Of a stretch of DNA of 64,000 nt, positions 14,764-28,367 are shown piece by piece. The stretch's first letter is position 1. Each line of letters opens with the position of its first letter. The translations under genes were made by a program, and so were the position numbers. The DNA lies in assembly GCF_009914755.1 (NCBI RefSeq), contig NC_060937.1. One strand, 5' to 3'. This stretch comes from the human T2T-CHM13v2.0 reference genome, Homo sapiens. Under the pieces are notes generated by a model. That model ran no database searches. It saw nothing but the letters and a program-made list of their open reading frames with translations, and was not told the DNA's origin.

Positions 14764-16634
14764 TTAGTTGAACATTTTTTATAACTCCATTTTGATTTAT
14801 TTATAGTACTTTTAAAATATATCCATTTGAATAGTTCTTTTAGTAGTTGCTATAGCTAATATATTATGTATACAAAACTTGTTACAGTCCATTGGCATCA
14901 TAATTTTACCAGTTCTAGTGAAGTATGGAAACCTTATTTCCCTTTGTCTATTTTCCCAACTTATAAATATTTTAAATATTTCCTCTACAGACATTTAGAA
15001 CCTCATCAGTGTTATAATTTTTGTACTCACTGTCAAACATAAGACAACTAAAAAGAAGAAAAGTCCATTGTATTTACCCATATTTTTTTTCCTGTTGTTT
15101 GAGGGTTCCTTCTATTAATATCATTGCCATTGGTTTTATTTCATTGCCATTGCCTTTAATGTTATAAGCTGCCCTCTCAGCATTGCTTTTGCTGCATCTC
15201 ACAAATTTTGATATAGTTTATTTTCATTTTAATTCAGTTCAGTGTATCTTTTTTGTAGTCCCTGAGACTTGCTCCTTAATCCATGAATTACTTAGAAGTA
15301 TGCGGCTTAGTCTGGAGAATTTCCTGTTACCTTTTTCTCATTGATTTCTAGTTTGATTTCATTGTGGTTGTAATAACATAATTTGTATGATTTCAGTTTT
15401 TAAAAATTTGTTGAGGTTTATTTTAGGGGCCAGGATATGGTCTTTCTTGCTATATGTTCCAGAGTGCTTGAACATAATTTGTATTTTCAAATTATTGTAT
15501 GTTCAGTGGTGTGTTCTATAAGTGTCTGTTAGATCCTGTTGGATAATGGTGTTGAATTCTTTTATATCCTTGTTGATATTCTAATTTTAGAGAATTTTGT
15601 TTAGCCATTTTTAAAGTGGGTCTGCTGGCAACACTAGCTTTCTTTCATCTGCGAATGTCTTGTTTCTCCTTCATATCTGAAAAATAATCACATTTGAAAA
15701 ATGTGCCATTTCCTTCTGGCGCCCATGATTTCTGATGATAAATCCATTGTCATTTGAATTGTTTTTCCCTACAGATAAGATGGTATTTCTCTCTACGTTT
15801 TTCGAACTTTGACTATGATGTATCTTGGTGTAGTCATCTTTGGGTTTATCCTGTTTGGGGCTTACTCAGCTTGCAGGTTTATGTCCTCTGTCAAATTTGG
15901 AAAATTTCTAGCCATTATTTCTTTGAATAGCTTTTTGGCATTTTTCTTTTCATCCTTTACTTCTCAGACTCCAATGACTGAATATTAGATCTTGTGGTTC
16001 CACATGTCCCAGAGGCCCCATTAATAATATATTTTTAGTATGTTTTCTCTCTGTTCAGGTTAGGTGATTTCTATTGTTCTATCTTCCAGCTTACTGATCT
16101 CACTGATTCTTTTCTTCTGTCCTCAAATGGGCTCAATTCTGTTATTGAGCCGATTCACTGAGTTTTACATTTTTTAAATGATAGTTTTCAGTTCTTAATT
16201 CTGTTATTGAGCCCATTCACTGAGTTTTAAATTTTGGTTATTGCGGTTTTTAGTTCTAAAATTTCCATTTTGTTCTTTCTTATATCTTCTTTGATGAGAC
16301 TCTATTTTTTTGTTTGAAGTATGTTTGCATTTGCTCCTTGGAGCATTTTTATAATGGCTGCTTTAAAATAATTGTCAGAGTCATTCTAATATATCTGTCA
16401 TTTGTTGTTGCCTATTGATTATTTTCATTCAGTTTGAGATGTTTCTGGAATTTTTTCATATGATCTTCACTTGAAAGCTGACATTTGTATATTTTGTTAT
16501 AAGATTCTGTATCTTATTTACAAACACCTTCTGTTTTAGTTGGCTTTCTCTAACACTGCTTATTCAGGGGAAGGGAGAATGCTGCTTTGTTACTGCCATG
16601 TGGGGATAGAAGTCCAGGTTTCTCACTTGGCCAC

Positions 16635-16998
16635 TGATATGGTTTGGCTGTGTCCCCACGCAAATCTCAACTTGAATTCCCATGTGTTGTGGGAGGAACT
16701 CAGTGGGAGGTGATTGACTTATGGGGGCGGGTCTTTCCTGTGCTGTTCTGGTGACAGTAAATGAGTCTTATGAGATCTGATGGTTTTAAAAATGGGAGTT
16801 TCCCTGCACAGCTCCCTTTTATTTATTTATTTATTTTGCCTGCTGCATCCACGTAATATGTGACTTGTTCCTCCCTGTCTTCTGCCATGATCGTGAGGCT
16901 TCCCTAGCCATGTGGAACTGTAAGTCCAGTAAACTTCTTTTGTAAATTGCCCAGTTTTGGATATGTCTTTATCAGGAGCATGAAAATGGACTAATACA
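16635..16998 (+). mobile_element. THE1B-like solo LTR (MaLR)
   Basis: tgatatggtttggctgtgtcccc...ggactaataca; perfect 5-bp TSD gccac. Confidence 0.95.
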
Positions 16999-18067
16999 GC
17001 CACCATTGACAGCTGAGGGTAGGGTTCATTTTTACTGCTGAGTTGGACTTCTAGCTCCTCTCTAGGCCTCTACTGATTCCTCCTATGCTGAAATGACACC
17101 AGCACCTCATTACTGTTCCCCCCAGGGCCTCCAGTGATACCATAGGAAGGGGGTGGCATCATTACATGCAATGGTGAACATCCTGACTATCCACTGGACC
17201 TCATCTGACACTACCACATTAGGGGAGAGGAAAGGCACCTTGTTTCTGTTCCATGGGGGTAGAAGTCCAGGCTCCCCACGTGGCTTCCCCTAACACTGAG
17301 GTGGAGTGACTTGTTATCACCCAGCAAAGGCAAACGTCCTGGCTACCTACTCAGCCTTCTCTGACACCACCTTGGTGTGGGGGCTTTCAGTGCCTCAGGA
17401 CAGCCTCGCAAGTGTGGCAGTCAGTGCTCTCCACTCAGCCTTCACTAGATGGGGCCACATCTAGTGTATTCTGTGACATTTGACTTTAGTAGAGTAGTTA
17501 TTATCTAAAAGTTATCCATCTTTCTAGGTTGCCCCTTTCCTGGTTCTTTGGCTAGAAAGAGTCTTTTGTTGGGACTTTTCCTGTTTTTTCCTGTTGGTGT
17601 TTCCTAGTTGCCATTTTCTGAAGCACCCAGTTTAGGATATCTGAGATAAGATCCCACCCACCTCCCCCAAAAAACCAAAGATATTACTAATGTGTTGGTC
17701 CTTGGACTGTAAGGACCCAATTGGCCTTCTACACCTTTTAGGGTCATCTTATTATTATTTTTCAAAATCTATACAGCATCCAAGGTTTTAGTTGTAGTGA
17801 GAGGGATAAATAGGATAAAGTATGTCTACTCTGTATTCCTGGAAGTAGAGGTTCCTTTGGTGGAGCTTTTGAAGATTATCTCAAAATTATGGGCAGAGAC
17901 CATCTCAATAGTCCACTCCTATTCTATTTGTCTACAGAAAGGGCAGTAATGCCATAGCTTGCTACCAACTCAACTTACATAGCAGAAGCAGAGGCTTTGA
18001 AAAGAGAGTTTGAATAAGCTGATATTCTAGGAGATGCTTACTATATACTCTTACAGGTTTTAAGAAC

Positions 18068-18573
18068 TGTGATGGTTAACATTGAGTGTCAACTTGAATG
18101 GATTAAAGGATGCAAAGTATTGTTTCTGGGTGTGTCTGTGAGGCTGTTGCCAAAAGAGATTAACATTAGAGTCAGTGAAATGGGAAAGGCAGACCCTCCC
18201 TCAATCTGGGTGGGCACAATTTAATCAGCTGCCAACATGGCCTGAATAAAAGCAGGCAGAAGAACGTGGAAAGACTAGACTGGCTAAGTCTTTTGGCCTC
18301 CATCTTTCTTTCATGCTGGATGCTCCCTGCCCTTGAACATCATACTCCAAGATCTTCAGCTTTTGGACTCTCGGACTTATTTGCCAGGGGCTCTTGGGCT
18401 TTTGGCCAAAGACTGAAGGCTGAACTATCGGCTTCCTTACTCTTGGCTCCTCAGCTTGCAGATGGCCTACTGAGGGACTTCACCTTGTGAATATGAGTCA
18501 ATTCTCCTAATAAACTGCCCTTCATATATACATCTATCCTATTAGTTCTGTTCCTCTAGAGAACCCTAATACA
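18068..18573 (+). mobile_element. MLT2A solo LTR (HERV-L)
   Basis: tgtgatggttaacattgagtgtcaacttg...ctagagaaccctaataca; perfect 5-bp TSD agaac. Confidence 0.92.
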
Positions 18574-19174
18574 AGAACTATTACCTTCTTCCTAAGTTGT
18601 GTTCCATTTGTGAGAAAAGATACTAATTATCTAGGTTAGCAATACCTGGACAGTTTGAAGACTGTGTATAAAGGAACAAATTAAATACAAAAGGAGATGA
18701 GAAAATAGAATGACTATTTCTCTTAAAAATTTGAGTCAAATTTTAAATTATAAATAAACAATAAATAGTAATAACCTTTAATAATAAATGAGAAATACCA
18801 CATAACATGAATTTACAAAGATAACTGGAAATGATCAAATTCCATATGCAATACTTAAGCATATTAGTTCCAAGATGCAACCTCTTAATCATAGCCTACT
18901 CAGTCATAAGATGTTCATTGCATATTCCTGATGAATTTTCACAGTCATTTTCCTGTCAGAAGTTTGACATTCTCTGCAGTGTTTGCTGTGCTTTTTTAAC
19001 AGTATTTAAAAATCAGTTAGATTCCTGCAAACATAATTAGGTTAGAGATGTTCTGTCTCTGATAAAAACTCTCTAATTGAACAGAGGGATGTTTTCTGTA
19101 ACTTCTTTCAAATTCCAGTTACCCCGACAGTTCCTTATTTTTTTCCAGTTTCTCTTAAACATCTTCTGGCATTT

Positions 19175-20760
19175 TCCTCACTCATTACTATTTATTAGGG
19201 ACCTACTGTTACCCAGGTATTACTCTAGAGGCTGAGCATATACAGATGTGAGTAGAGTGGAATTGTGTTTCTCCCTTACAGAGCTTCCATTCTAGCTGGG
19301 AAGACAGACTACAAAAAAATACACAAAATAACACAAAACACTTGGCCAAGTGATGTGCATAGAACAATGGTGCAGTGTAAGAGGATAGGGGGTGATGAAT
19401 GGTGAGGGGTGAGAAGTATTTTAAATAGAGTGGCTAGGAAAAATCTTTCTTAAGAGATAATATTAGAGCTGATATCTGAATAACAAGGAGATGAGAATTG
19501 GAACAAGAACTTTCCAGGGAGAGGAAAAAGCAAATGCAAAGACCTTTGACGTGTGATTAGCTTGGGATATTTAAGGAACAATAAAGTCCAGGGTAGCTAG
19601 AGTAGAGGAAGTGAGGGGAAGAGGGAGTGGTGGGACATGAAGTTAGAGAAATAGGCAACCACCAGATTATGGAGAGCTGTGCAGGTCATAAGATGCTTGG
19701 GACTTCAGAAGAGGAGTGCTTTAGCTGTTAGGTAGAAATTTGATTGTAGGAAGCAAGAGAAGTAGAAGGAATTCCAGTTGGAAGTTGTGGCAATGGTCTA
19801 GGCTTGGACTAGCTGGTATTGGTGAAAGTGATCTCTTCAGTTTGGGGATATATGAAGTAGGTAGACCTCAATAGGACTTGCTGATGCCCTGAATGTGGGG
19901 TGTGAGAGAGAAGGGAGTCAAGAGCAACTCTGGAGTTTTTGGCCTGAGCAATTAAGATGGAGTTGCCGTTTAATGAGATGTGAAAAATTATAGGAAAAAT
20001 GTATTTCTGGTGGAGGGCAAAGATTAAACTCTATTTTGGACATGTTAAATTTGAGGTGTTTCTTAAGACATTCAAATGGAGATGTTAAATAAGACGTTGG
20101 ATATATTGGTCTGGAATTGAGAGATGAGATTAGGGATAGAGTATAAAATTTGAGAGTACTTGGTACTTTGAAGCCACGTGATTAGAAAAAGTTGCCTAAG
20201 GAGTTTGTAGAGATGAAGAGAAGAAGATGACTGAGGAGTCCCTGGAATGTTCTAAAGTGTAGAGTCAGTAAAAGAAGGAAGGCTAGCTCAGAAAAAAAAA
20301 ATACCAAAGAGATGCAGTCATTGAGATAGGAGGAGACCTAGGAAAGCAAAATTCTGTGAAATCCAAGAGACCAAAGTTTTTCAAGTTGACCAGAGGGTGT
20401 CAAATGTCGCTGAATGATGAACAACGAGAAGATTGAGAATTGACCATAAAAGTTACAAAATAGATCTCGTTTTATGACCTTGTTGACAGAGGAATTTCGG
20501 GGAAGTGTAGGGACTGAAAGTTGTCTGATTAGGATACATTTAAATAGAATGCAAGGTCAAAAAGAAGAAAGAAGGTAGTGAATAGAGACCATTCTTGGGT
20601 TTTGCTATAAAGAGCAGGAGAGAAATCATGCAGTACTGGAGCTTGTTTCTGAAGGAAAATGTTGCAACATGTTTGTATGTTGCTGGGAATGATTCCATAG
20701 TGAGGGGGATGGAAGTACTGAGATAGAAGACATTACTAGCTGTGTTAAATGTGAAATGGA
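19175..20760 (-). mobile_element. L2 LINE (3' ~1.5 kb)
   Basis: tatttattagggacctact...gagcttccattctagctggg; ttttggacatgttaaatttgaggtg; purine-rich antisense L2. Confidence 0.85.
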
Positions 20761-20949
20761 ATAAGATGAGGATTAAAATAGGATAGAGGAAAAATAAAAT
20801 ACAACAAAATAAAAGCAGATTAGAATAACATATAACAAAATATTTTCACTTTAAACTGTTATTTTCTTTTAAATTATTTTTTTAACCATCTCTTTTAACA
20901 CATGCTTTTCAATTTAACCAAACACAGGACTGGTCATGTGAAATGGACA

Positions 20950-21744
<795 letters not shown>

Positions 21745-21828
21745 CTTACATTACAGCACACAATTAAAATTATATATTTAAAGGACAAGGTTATTGGATG
21801 ACAAGAATGCTAATCAAGAAAGAAAAAT

Positions 21829-22110
21829 GGGATGGGCATGGTGGCTCACGCCTGTAATCCCAGCACTTTGGGAAGCAGGCAGATCACCTGAGGTCAGGAG
21901 TTCGAGACCAACCCGGCCAACATGGTGAAACCCTGTCTCTACTAAAAATACAAAAATTAGCTGGTGGTGCATGCCTGTAATCCCAGCTACTCAAGAGGCT
22001 GAGGCATGAGAATCACTTGAACCCAGGAGATTGCAGTGAGCTGAGATCACACCACTGCACTCCAGCCTGGGCAACAGAACGAGACTCTGCCTCAGAGAAA
22101 GAAAGAAAGA
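21829..22110 (+). mobile_element. AluS with (GAAA)n tail
   Basis: Dimeric Alu; flanks aagaaagaaaaatg / aagaaagaagaatg. Confidence 0.92.
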
Positions 22111-23139
22111 AGAATGTTTTGTTTGTTGGATACAATTTTTATTTCGCTTGGAATGTAGTAGATATTTTATGAAGGGAAATTAATTGAGGAGTGTGTTGAC
22201 TACATATTCCCCTGAGCTTCATCCCTCAGATTGTTATGTCTGCTCACCTCCTAATAAGGAAACTATATTGTCATGCTGGCTGCCAGCATGTGCTCAGATC
22301 TTGGTCACACTGCTGAGATGTACGTAGAGTAATTGAGTTTGCAGGACTATGAAAGCAGGCCATGTCTGCTTAGTGAGTTTACCCACATTCATCTTAGGAG
22401 CCCACCATGGCATTCTCATAAAAATAAAGTAAATCTGCTGATAGGAACAAAAAACTCTTTATCACTAATATTTGGATATAGTGTTTGAATACACACACTG
22501 ACAATGTTGAAAGATGGAGGAAAGTCATTATTCACTAGGAATTGCTTATTTCTGGTCATGATTTGTAGAAGTCCACATAGGGCCCGTTCTCCTGCCTTCT
22601 CAGCAAGAGAAGATTACCAAGGTAACTTGGATCTAAGCAATGACACCTGCACTTCCCCAGGAGGAAAAGGGGATCACAGACTAGGAGGAGAGTTTATTCT
22701 CTAATTCATTCTCCACCTTCAATGCTCTCAGGACTCCAGCCTTCTCTCTCTGAAACACTGAGGTTGAGGGGTACTTACATGTGTGAAGGGCTGTGGTGGC
22801 CATGTAAGGTGACCATCCCCTACCTCTTCCAGGCTGTGATGGGGACCTTCTCTGCTGCTGTGAAGCAGAAGGGGAGGCCCAGGGTCCAGGTTACTTCCAG
22901 CCTCTCCTACATCTGACATTGGCAAAATGCTCCACATCAGCTTGTGTGTTATGTTTTGCCTTAAAACAGAGCTATTGGTCTCTTAGGTTTCCTAATGACG
23001 TTCTATTATGCTCATTCTGCACCGCAGTCTCCTCGTCATAAAAAAGTCAATCTGTGTGCCTGGGTAGTAGGGTAGTTTGAGTAGCATGTACTATATATAT
23101 TTGGAGTTATCCTTCTCCGGAAAACAACTAGCCTAGTGA

Positions 23140-23314
23140 GAATAAAACAAGTAGACAACCATCTGCAAACCAGGAAGTGGGGCCTCATGAGAGACCATAG
23201 CTGCCAGCACCCTGGTCTCGGACTTCCTAGTCTTCACAACTGCAAGAAATAAATATTTGTTGTTTAAGCCACCCAATCTATGGTAATTTGTTATAGCTAC
23301 CCAACTGACCAAGA
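23140..23314 (+). mobile_element. MLT1A/B LTR 3' half
   Basis: gaaataaatatttgttgtttaagccacccaatctatggtaatttgttatagc. Confidence 0.8.
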
Positions 23315-23319
23315 AAATG

Positions 23320-25350
23320 CTTCTAAGTTATAAAATTTCCATTTGTTCTTCTTTGTGTCGTTTATTTATTTGTTCTTTTAAGAGTGTTTACAATTGCTTG
23401 CTGGAGCATTTTTATAATAGCAGCTTTAAAGTCTTTGTCAGATAATCCTAACAAATGTTTAATCTCTGATGTCTGTAGGTTGTCTTTCACCATGTGAATG
23501 GAGAAGTTCCTGGTTCTTCATATGCCAAATGATTTTGGATTAAATCCGACACATCTTAAATATTATGTTGTGAGATTCTGGGTCTTGTTTAATCCTGTGG
23601 TGAATATGAATAGTTTTTTTTAGCAGTCTGATTAGTCAGACTGAAAGTTTAAAACTGCAGTGGTTCCAATGTCAAGTCAGTTTTAAAAGCCTTGCAATGT
23701 TATTTGGATCTACTCCATCTGCACATCAGCTGGTGGTCAGTTTGGGATCACCAAACTGGGTGGAGATCTGTCTTTTAGTTCAACTCTCTCTTTTATCTTA
23801 TTACATTTTATTTTATTGTGGTAAGAACTTTTAACATGTAATATACCTTCTTGACAGAGTTTTAAGTATACATTATTGTTGATTATAGTTAAAAGGTTGT
23901 ACAGAAGATCTCTAGAGCTTATTCATCTTGATTAATTGAAACTTAATGCCCCTTGATTAGTAACTCCCCATTTTCCTCCCCCCAACCACTGGCAACCACC
24001 ATTCCACTCTCTGATTCTATGAATTTGATCATTTTGGATACCTCATCTAAATGGAATCATGTAATATTTGTCTTTCTGTGACTGGCTTATCTGACTTAGG
24101 TTCATCTATGTCGTTAAGATTCATTCATGTTATCACACACTGCAGAATTTTCTTTTTAAAATTTGTATAATATTTCATTTTCTTTATGTATCTGTCAATG
24201 GACATTTACATTGCTTTTACATCTTGGATATTATGAATAATGTTGCAATAAACATGGAAGTGCTGATAATTCTTTGAGATTCTGATTGCGGTTCTTTTGA
24301 ATAAATACCCAGAAATGGGATTGCTGGATCATATGGTAGTTCTATTTTTTAATTTTTGAGGAAATTTAATACTATTTTCCATAGAGGCTGTACTATTTTG
24401 CATTCCCCCATCAGTGTGGAAGAGTTTCAGTTTATTCACATCCTTACCAACACTTGTCTTTACTTTTTTTGACAATTTCTACTCTGACAGGTGTTAGGTC
24501 ATATCTCATTGTGGTTTTGATTTGCATTTCTCTGATTAGTGACATTAAACTTTTTTCATATACTTTTTGGTCATTTGTATGGCTTCCTTGGAAAAATGTC
24601 TATTCAAGTCTTTAGCATGTTTTAAATGCTAAATTATTTGTCTTTTTTGCTACTAAGTTGTAGGAGTCTCATATATTTTGGATATTAATCTCTTATCAGA
24701 TAGATGGTTTGCAAATGTTTTTTTCTCATCCTGTGGGCTGCTTTTTCACTATGATTCTTTTGCTGTGCTAGAAGCCTTTTAATTGAATGCAGTCCCACCG
24801 GTTTGTTTTAGTTGACTGTAATTTTAGTGTCATATCCATGAAATCACTGCTAAGACCAATGTCATAAAGATTTCCCTCTGTTTTCTTCTAGAATTTTACA
24901 GTTTCAGGCCTTACATTTAAGTCTTTAATTCATTTTGAGTTGATCTTTGTGTGTTAGGAGAGAGCGGTTCAGTTTTCAATTGTTTATTTACTGATTAAGA
25001 TCTTATCCACATGTGCACAGCTCCTGGATGAACCCAGGAGTTAACAAACAACTTTAGTCCTTTAGCCAGATATATGGGGCTTCAGTTATCCTGTTCTTCC
25101 CTGGACTTCTGCATCTGTACCCACATGTGGGGCCAAGTGGTGGAAATTCTGACTAGAGGGATAAAAAATGGTAAATTCACCACTGATTGGGTGGTACTTT
25201 GAATTTTGATCTTTATTCCCAATTAATCTGCCACTATTTACTTTTCAGAATGTCCCAAAATCTTCTGCATCCAATCTGTCTAGGTTTTATAATTCAGTGA
25301 GAGACAGCGAGGAAAGTGTTTACCCCATCTTGCCCAGATTCAGAAACTCT
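23320..25350 (-). mobile_element. Old L1 5'-end fragment split by L1MA9
   Basis: gagcatttttataatagcagctttaaagtctttgtcagataat; 5' terminus accccatcttgcccagattcagaa. Confidence 0.55.
23795..24970 (-). mobile_element. L1MA9-like 3' end
   Basis: ttttattgtggtaagaacttttaacatg...gatctctagagcttattcatcttg. Confidence 0.85.
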
Positions 25351-25364
25351 GGCTTAGAATTTAG

Positions 25365-25578
25365 ATAATACCTTGAATTTTTTTTCCCTAAAGGGCAAAT
25401 AGGAAATATTTCAGGCTAGTGGGTCACATAATTTCTGTTGCAACTACTCAATCCTGCTGTTACAGCATGAAATCAGGTGTAAAACATATATAAATGAATG
25501 GGTATGACTGTGTCCCATTAAAAATTTATTGATTAAAAACAGCTGGCTGGCCTGCCAACCATAGTTTGCCAACCTCTG
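25365..25578 (-). mobile_element. MER58A
   Basis: taaagggcaaataggaaatatttcaggc...caactactcaa...tagtttgccaacctctg. Confidence 0.8.
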
Positions 25579-25672
25579 TTTTAGATAATGAGTGAATAAT
25601 ATTGAGCCAGGGGTATGGAATGGCAATAGGAAATATTAAAAGGTTTTTCTCTTCACCTCACTGTGGAAATCT

Positions 25673-26076
25673 TGTTGGGGTGTCCAGACCCAACACCAGG
25701 TCATGGGGGTGACGAATCCGGTGGAGTCAAAGGATTGAGAAAAGACAGTTTGAGAGAGAGAAGTGGGAACAGGGGGCCATTGCGATCATGGAGGCTGTGA
25801 AGACCCCAAGCTCTGGGAGCCCACACTGTTTATTGGTAATCCAACAGAGAAACACGTGGTGAGAATGTGGGGTCAAAAGAGCAGGCACATGATCTACAGC
25901 TGTGATGGTTTAGCATTTATATGGAACATGTTCTGCTGCTTGACATAATGGGAATAGGAGCCTAGGAGGGCTAGAAGCAAGGAGCGAGCAAGTCTAGACA
26001 CACTCCAGAGGACATTGTGTCAGTCATGCAAGCCCTGCCTCAGCTTTCTTCCCAACCCTAAGCTTTTTTCTCAACA
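25673..26076 (-). mobile_element. LTR14A/B-like solo LTR (HERV-K14/HML-1)
   Basis: tgttgggg...cagctttcttcccaaccctaagcttttttctcaaca; flanks aatct/aatcc. Confidence 0.75.
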
Positions 26077-27184
26077 AATCCCATGTGGATAATGAGAATT
26101 CTCAAAGGTAACCATTTATTTTATTATGTTTCATTTAAACACTGTGATACTCCTATCTCTTGCAACATACCATATTGGACATTTAAGTAGTAAGGGTTTC
26201 CTTCTTGAATTATAGGCTAATTATGGTCTTTGACTCTTCCTGCCAACTGTTACTTTCCTATCGTTCTTCAGAGCTACTTCTCAACTAAGATTTAGTTACC
26301 TATGTCTTTTATCACTGTTGATTTTTGACAGGGATAGGGTAGGACAGCTAATTGGCTCATTATCTGAGCTGGATTGGTGAGCATACATGAAGATGGTACT
26401 GTTTCTTCAGGTGTCAGCCAAGATGGCAAGCAGGAATAATACTTTAATTATAGAAGGCTGACATTTCTCACCAATTCATGTGGACATATGAGCACAGTAT
26501 TTGCAATTCACAACAGAAAAGATTGCTGATATTAGTCCTGGTTAAACAGAAGCATTGTTTGTCACACAAACCAACTAGAAGCACATCTTGACCAAAGAAA
26601 TTTAGCCAGTCTACAAATGTGGAAACAAATGTTTGCAGGAGGTCTTTTGGGATGGTTACTTCTCAGGCTTAGATGTTATCCCAATGACTTAATTTTTTGC
26701 CCCATGGAATCATAAAAAAATGTTTTCTAAGACCCCCAAGAACCAAGTAGAATGGACAGAGATGTGTTATCTTGATTTCAAGAAGAGATCTGTAAGAAGA
26801 AGTGTTTTGCAATTTTTAATTTTACATTCCACATTGAAGTCTGGTCACTCTTGTACAAAGCAGGCATCCCTTGAGGCTCTGTGACTTCCATCTGCCTAAG
26901 ATTCTAACATCTGGTAGAAGCTGATATGAGGCTATTTTCTGGAGTTCTTTTTGAATTGTTTGATGAACTTCTCACCTAGCCCCACTTTCAGCAGTTCTCA
27001 TTGAAAAACAGTGCATTTTGTCATAATCTTTTTTTTGAGGAGCTGATAATGAGGAAATAATAAAGAAGAGAAGGAAAAAAGGGAGGAAAAAAGAATGAAG
27101 AGGGAAGAAATTAGAAACCAACATTACTTGCAAGAAGAATAGCTTAATACTTTTATATATATTATATAATTTAATATTTACAGC

Positions 27185-27238
27185 TGTTGACAGAAAACCC
27201 AAATTCTGCAAAAGCATATTGAAAGAAGTTTATTCTGA
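27185..27238 (-). mobile_element. MER4-group (ERV1) LTR end; continues at 39642
   Basis: tgttgacagaaaacccaaattctgcaaaa...gtttattctgag, resumed as gtttattctgaaccaatatgaattaccatggc. Confidence 0.7.
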
Positions 27239-28367
27239 GAAGAGGCAGAACAAGATGGTTGAATAGAAGCCTTTATTAATCATCCTCCCTGTAAGAACAT
27301 CAAATTTAGCTGTCCACACATAAAAGCACCTTCATAAGAACCAAAAGCCAAGTGAGCAACCACAGTACCTGGTTTTAACTTTAGATCACTGAAAGGCATT
27401 GAAGAGGGTAGGAAAGACAGTCTTGAACTGCCTATGCCACCCCTTCCCTATTCCCTTGCAGCATCCATGTGGGACAGAGAGAGAATCCATCTGCCTGGGA
27501 GAGACAGAGCACAGTGATTGTAAGACTTTGCACTAGAGCTCAGCGTTGCCTTGTCATAGTGGAAAGCAATACCAGGCAGGACTCAGCCAGCAGCCACAGA
27601 AGGAACATTCAGATCAGCCTTAGCTAGAGAAGAATTATCCATCCTAGCAGCTGGAAACTGAGTTCCAGTAAGTGCTGCCACTGTGGGCTAAAGTGCTGTG
27701 GAGTCCTAAACTTGGAACATAGTCTAGGCTACAAGGACTGCAATTCCTGGGCAAGTCCTGGTGCTTTGCTGGGCATGGGTCCAGTGGACTTGTGAGGGGT
27801 ATGTGAGCTAGTGAGACACCAGGTGGGGCAGTCAAGGGAGTGCTTGTACCACCCTCCCTGAACCCCAGGCAGCACAGCTCACAGCTCCAAAAGAGACTCC
27901 TTCCCTCCACTTGAGGAGAGGGGAAGGAAGAATAAAGAGGACTTTATCTTCCAACATGGATACCAGCTCAGCCATAACAGGACTGGTCACTGGGAGAAGT
28001 CCTGAGGCCCCGTTTTAGGCCCTAGCTCCCAGATGACATTTCTATGCTCACCCTGGACCAGAAGGGAATCAACTGCCTTGAAAGAAAGGACCCAGTTCTG
28101 TCACCAGCTGACTAAAGAGCCCTTGGACACTGAATAGGCAGCAATGGTAGGCAGGTAGCACTTCCTGTGGACCTTGGGTGAAACTCAAGAGGCATGCTGG
28201 TTTCAGGTGTGACTCAGCATATTCCCAGCTGTAGTTGTTATGAGGAGAGGCTGCTTCTGCTTGAGAAGAGGAGAGGGAAGAGTCTATGGGATTTTGTCTT
28301 GCAGCTTAGGTACCAGCTCAGACACAGTAGGGTAGAACACCAAGAGGGTTGTTGGGGTTCCTGATTC

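Larger units (their letters stand above)
14480..17855 (-). mobile_element. Old L1 (L1MC/L1MD-type) inter-ORF, ORF1 and 5' UTR; probably the same element as 8876-10462
   Basis: ORF1-type antisense text at 15600-16400; 5' UTR subrepeats gaagtccaggctccccac; 5' terminus ctggaagtagaggttc. Confidence 0.7.

Noticed and set aside
26540-26790. Possible CR1/L3 RT fragments
   Set aside because: Only short patchy resemblance; cannot be supported without an HMM search.
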